A stretch of DNA of 64,000 nt, from positions 3,536,001 to 3,600,000 of the forward strand of contig NC_086109.1 of the NCBI RefSeq assembly GCF_963921235.1. Reading direction: 5' to 3'. How positions within the stretch are numbered: the stretch's first letter is position 1; the number at the start of each line of letters is the position of its first letter. Below are positions 60,788-64,000 of this stretch, one piece after another. The translations under genes and the position numbers were made by a program. The notes below the pieces were generated by a model. That model saw only the letters and a list, made by a program, of their open reading frames with translations. It did no database searches and was not told where the DNA came from. The stretch comes from Mobula hypostoma. Its lineage: Eukaryota.

Positions 60788-62524
60788 CAGCCATCAGCAG
60801 TTGAAGAATCTTGTCCATGTGTATTGTGGGCATTCCTTGGGATGGCCGGACATTGGGCAGAGTTGCTGACAGTGATGCTGTTTGGAACTGGAACATGGTC
60901 CCAAACTCTCTCAGGTGCAGCCTTAGATAATTATCGCTCCACCTATTCCAATGACATTGAAACGACATTTGGACAGTCTATGGATAGGAGACGTTCAGAG
61001 CGGAAGGGCTAAAGTGGATTAGCATGGTTGGCATGGACTGGCAGGGGCAAAGAACCTGTTTCCGGGCTACCTGACAAGTCTCTGATATTAGATAGACAAT
61101 CGATGGTGTGCTGTTTCTCTCGCTGTCCCTCTCCTTATATAGGCACCTCCTACTTGCTACCCTTTAGCACATAGGAACGGTCTCAGGAAGTCAGAAAAAC
61201 ATTTGATACGTCGACAAAGAAAAAGTGGTTGGACAGGAGCAAAACCATAAATTTGGGAGCATAGGCATCAGTGCACATCAGATGGGCCAAATAGCCTGCA
61301 GTAATATTCTGAATTCCACATTCTGATTTTCTATAAAGTGTTTTGTATAATCCAACCAGCGTCAGCCTTTAGATTAGCTTTCCCTGTGTGATATTTACAT
61401 TTGTCTTTTTAGTTTAATATTGGGATCAACATGCATGGATCAGATCTAATCCAGGACCCATTAGTTACTGTGCTTTCAACATGTCCAAACACTGAGATTC
61501 CGTGCGCAATGCCACTCAAGGTCTCATGGGGTATAAATGTGCATCTGTGGAGATCTTTAAAAATCACATACATGAATGTTCTGCCAAACCGTTTTCATAT
61601 ATAATTTGATCAAATAATTAGGAATGAATTCTCTGAGAACTTGGAAACTTTCTTCATTCTTGATACATTATTATCTTGGAAAAAGTAATTGATTCCTTTG
61701 GGGTTGAGACAGAAATGACTCTGAGGCACGGAGTGGGACGGAGGAAAGGCTCTCAGTTAATGGGCTGTTCCGTCAACCAGTTATTGACTGTTGCCAGGAC
61801 ATGTTTTTTTTTGACTTCATGCTCTTGGGATTACCTATAATTTCAATTTAAATTGTTATATTTCCATTAGATATACTTCCAGTTTTCCAGTCACGTTCAG
61901 TACACAGCGATGCGAAGCACAAACTCTATACCTTCCGTTAAATTGTGTAAAGTACTTAATTTATGCTCCCTCATTTTTAATACAGATGTAATCTGCTTAT
62001 TATAATGAAATGCAAAGCTACCATTTGCATAAATCATGAGCAGTTAAATTCATTTGCCTTCTGATTTGCATAGATCAACTATTTTATTCTTGGTAGCAAC
62101 AATCATTGCTTAGCGATCTGACAAAAGATTGCTTTGGGAAGTAGATGGATTTTTGACTGTAGCTTGCTGTTCTTACCCTTTGTCCTGTATGCCAGTAGGA
62201 CACAACGTTGTAATGTTGTTGCAGCTATAGCAGAACATGTCGTCCCCCTTTACATTTTAAACCTTCCTCCCTCGTCATCACATTTATTTCTGCATAAGTA
62301 TTGTAATTGGATAAACTCACAGGTTTTATACTGTATGGACACCTGAATGTGCCAAGATGAAAATCAAATTTAGACTTTACAAAGTGAGCAATTTCAAGGG
62401 TACTCATTAATTATATAATTATGAAAAAACCTTTTTTCCATTAAGAGTGGGGAAAAAAGGCTGTTTTTAAAAACCCTGAGTTGTGTGTTATCGGCCATTT
62501 GATAGTATTTGCTAAGATAAGTTG

Positions 62525-62810
62525 GTGTTTATTTTCTATTTGATAATTGAGATGCAGTGTGGAATACGCCTTTGCAGCCACCTGGCAATCCCCCAATTTA
62601 ATCTTAGCCTAATCACGGGACAATTTACAATGACCAATTAACCCACCAACTGGTATGTCTTTGGACTGTGCGAGGAAACTGAAGCATCCGGAGTAAATTT
62701 TCCCCATGGTCACGGGGAGAACGTACAATCTCCTTACTGGCAGTGGCAGGAACTGACCCCGGGCCATCTGTACTGTAAAGCGCTGTGCTAACCACTACGC
62801 CACCTTGCCG
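62525..62810 (-). mobile_element. V-SINE (HE1-like)
   Basis: Reverse-complement match to 35180-35466. Confidence 0.9.
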
Positions 62811-63254
62811 TTTAGGAAGTGATGTGGAATTATTCAACACACTGACTTGGTGAAACGTTGGTGAGGTTTCCATATAAACAGAGTGAACTACACTTAATGA
62901 GGAAGATATACCGTGTATCTCTCCATTGTTATCTTTTTTTGTCACTTTGTTTTTTAACTTGTAAAATCTACGAAACGTTACACCACAGACCGTGCAACCT
63001 GTTAATATCGGCAGCAGTACCTTTGTGCTTTGTCTACAGGAGTGGATGTCTCTGCAAGGTCAGCATCTATCCTTCATGGGTAGAGAGTAAAGTGTAGACC
63101 AGGCTGGGTATGCATTGAGTTTCAAACCCCCTGGTGGTGATGCCATGACGCTTACTGCTGCCCAACAGCTTCAAGGCTGCCATCACTGATGCTGCCATTG
63201 CACTTCAATGTGTGAATGGCAAAGACACTAATTTGAATGGTTAGTGGTATTCAC

Positions 63255-63545
63255 ATTCAAAGTTCAAAGTAAATTTATTATTAAAGTACATACATGTCAC
63301 CATAGACAACCCCGAGATTCATTCTTGCAGGTGTACTCAATAAATCCATAGAATAATAACCACAACACAATCAGTGAAAGACTCCACCGGCTTGGGCATT
63401 CAGCCACTGTACTAAAGACAACAAATTGCAAATACAAAAAGAAAGATAACAATAATAAATAAATAAGCAATTAATATCAAGAACATGAGATGAAGAGTTC
63501 TGGAAAATGAATTCATTGGTTGTGGGAACATTTCAATGATGGGTC
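63255..63545 (-). mobile_element. Rex1/Babar 3'UTR
   Basis: Homologous to 52475-52740. Confidence 0.85.
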
Positions 63546-64000
63546 CATGGGGTCAGTGTTGGGACTGCTTCTTTTCCTGTTACCTGTCAATGATTTGTGT
63601 GATGGGATTCACATCAAAATTGCTGGTGAATGCAGCAGGCCAGGCAGCATCTCTAGGAAGAGGTGCAGTCAACGTTTCAGGCCGGGGCCCTTGGTTAGGA
63701 GGGAGTAGGGAGTCTGCAGTAGGGCTTAGACAGATTAGGAGAATGGGCAAAGAAGTGGCAGATGGAATAAAGTGTAGAGAAATGTCTGGTCATTCATGCT
63801 GGTGGAAGGAATAAAGGCATAGACTATTTTCTAAATGGGGAGAAAATTCAGAAAACAGAGGTGCAAAGGGTCTTAGGAGGCCTCATACAGGATCCCGGCC
63901 TGAAGCGTCGACTGTACCTCTTCCTAGAGATGCTGCCTGGCCTGCTGCGTTCACCAGCAACTTTGATGTTTGTTGCTTGAATCTCCAGCATCTGCAGAAT
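63545..64000 (+). mobile_element. CR1 RT fragment with Penelope fragments (minus 63625-63700; plus 63890-64000)
   Basis: GSVLGLLLFLL..NDL motif; GATGCTGCCTGGCCTGCTGCGTTCACCAGC. Confidence 0.8.

Overview
Eukaryotic, repeat-rich non-coding vertebrate DNA. The repeat set (HE1-type V-SINEs, HER1/CR1 LINEs, abundant Rex1/Babar and Penelope pieces) points to a cartilaginous fish, probably a ray; this is an inference. I found no host protein-coding exon, rRNA, genuine tRNA or CRISPR array, and every recognisable ORF is a decayed transposon fragment. Main items: a 5'-truncated Tx1/L1-clade LINE (17.5-20.8 kb) with a solo LTR in its 3'UTR and a copy of nearby DNA fused to its 5' end; Penelope-like elements carrying minimal hammerhead ribozyme motifs (one intact); a candidate HDV-like ribozyme at the 5' end of a non-coding retroposon; a HERO RLE fragment; an RTE fragment; a hAT MITE with a perfect 8-bp TSD; a Tc1 end; several SINE families; a phase-perfect 35-bp minisatellite of about 57 units; and AT-rich repeat-free islands that may be conserved non-coding elements. 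Family names come from motif recognition by eye, not database searches. Boundaries of decayed elements are approximate (tens of bp).
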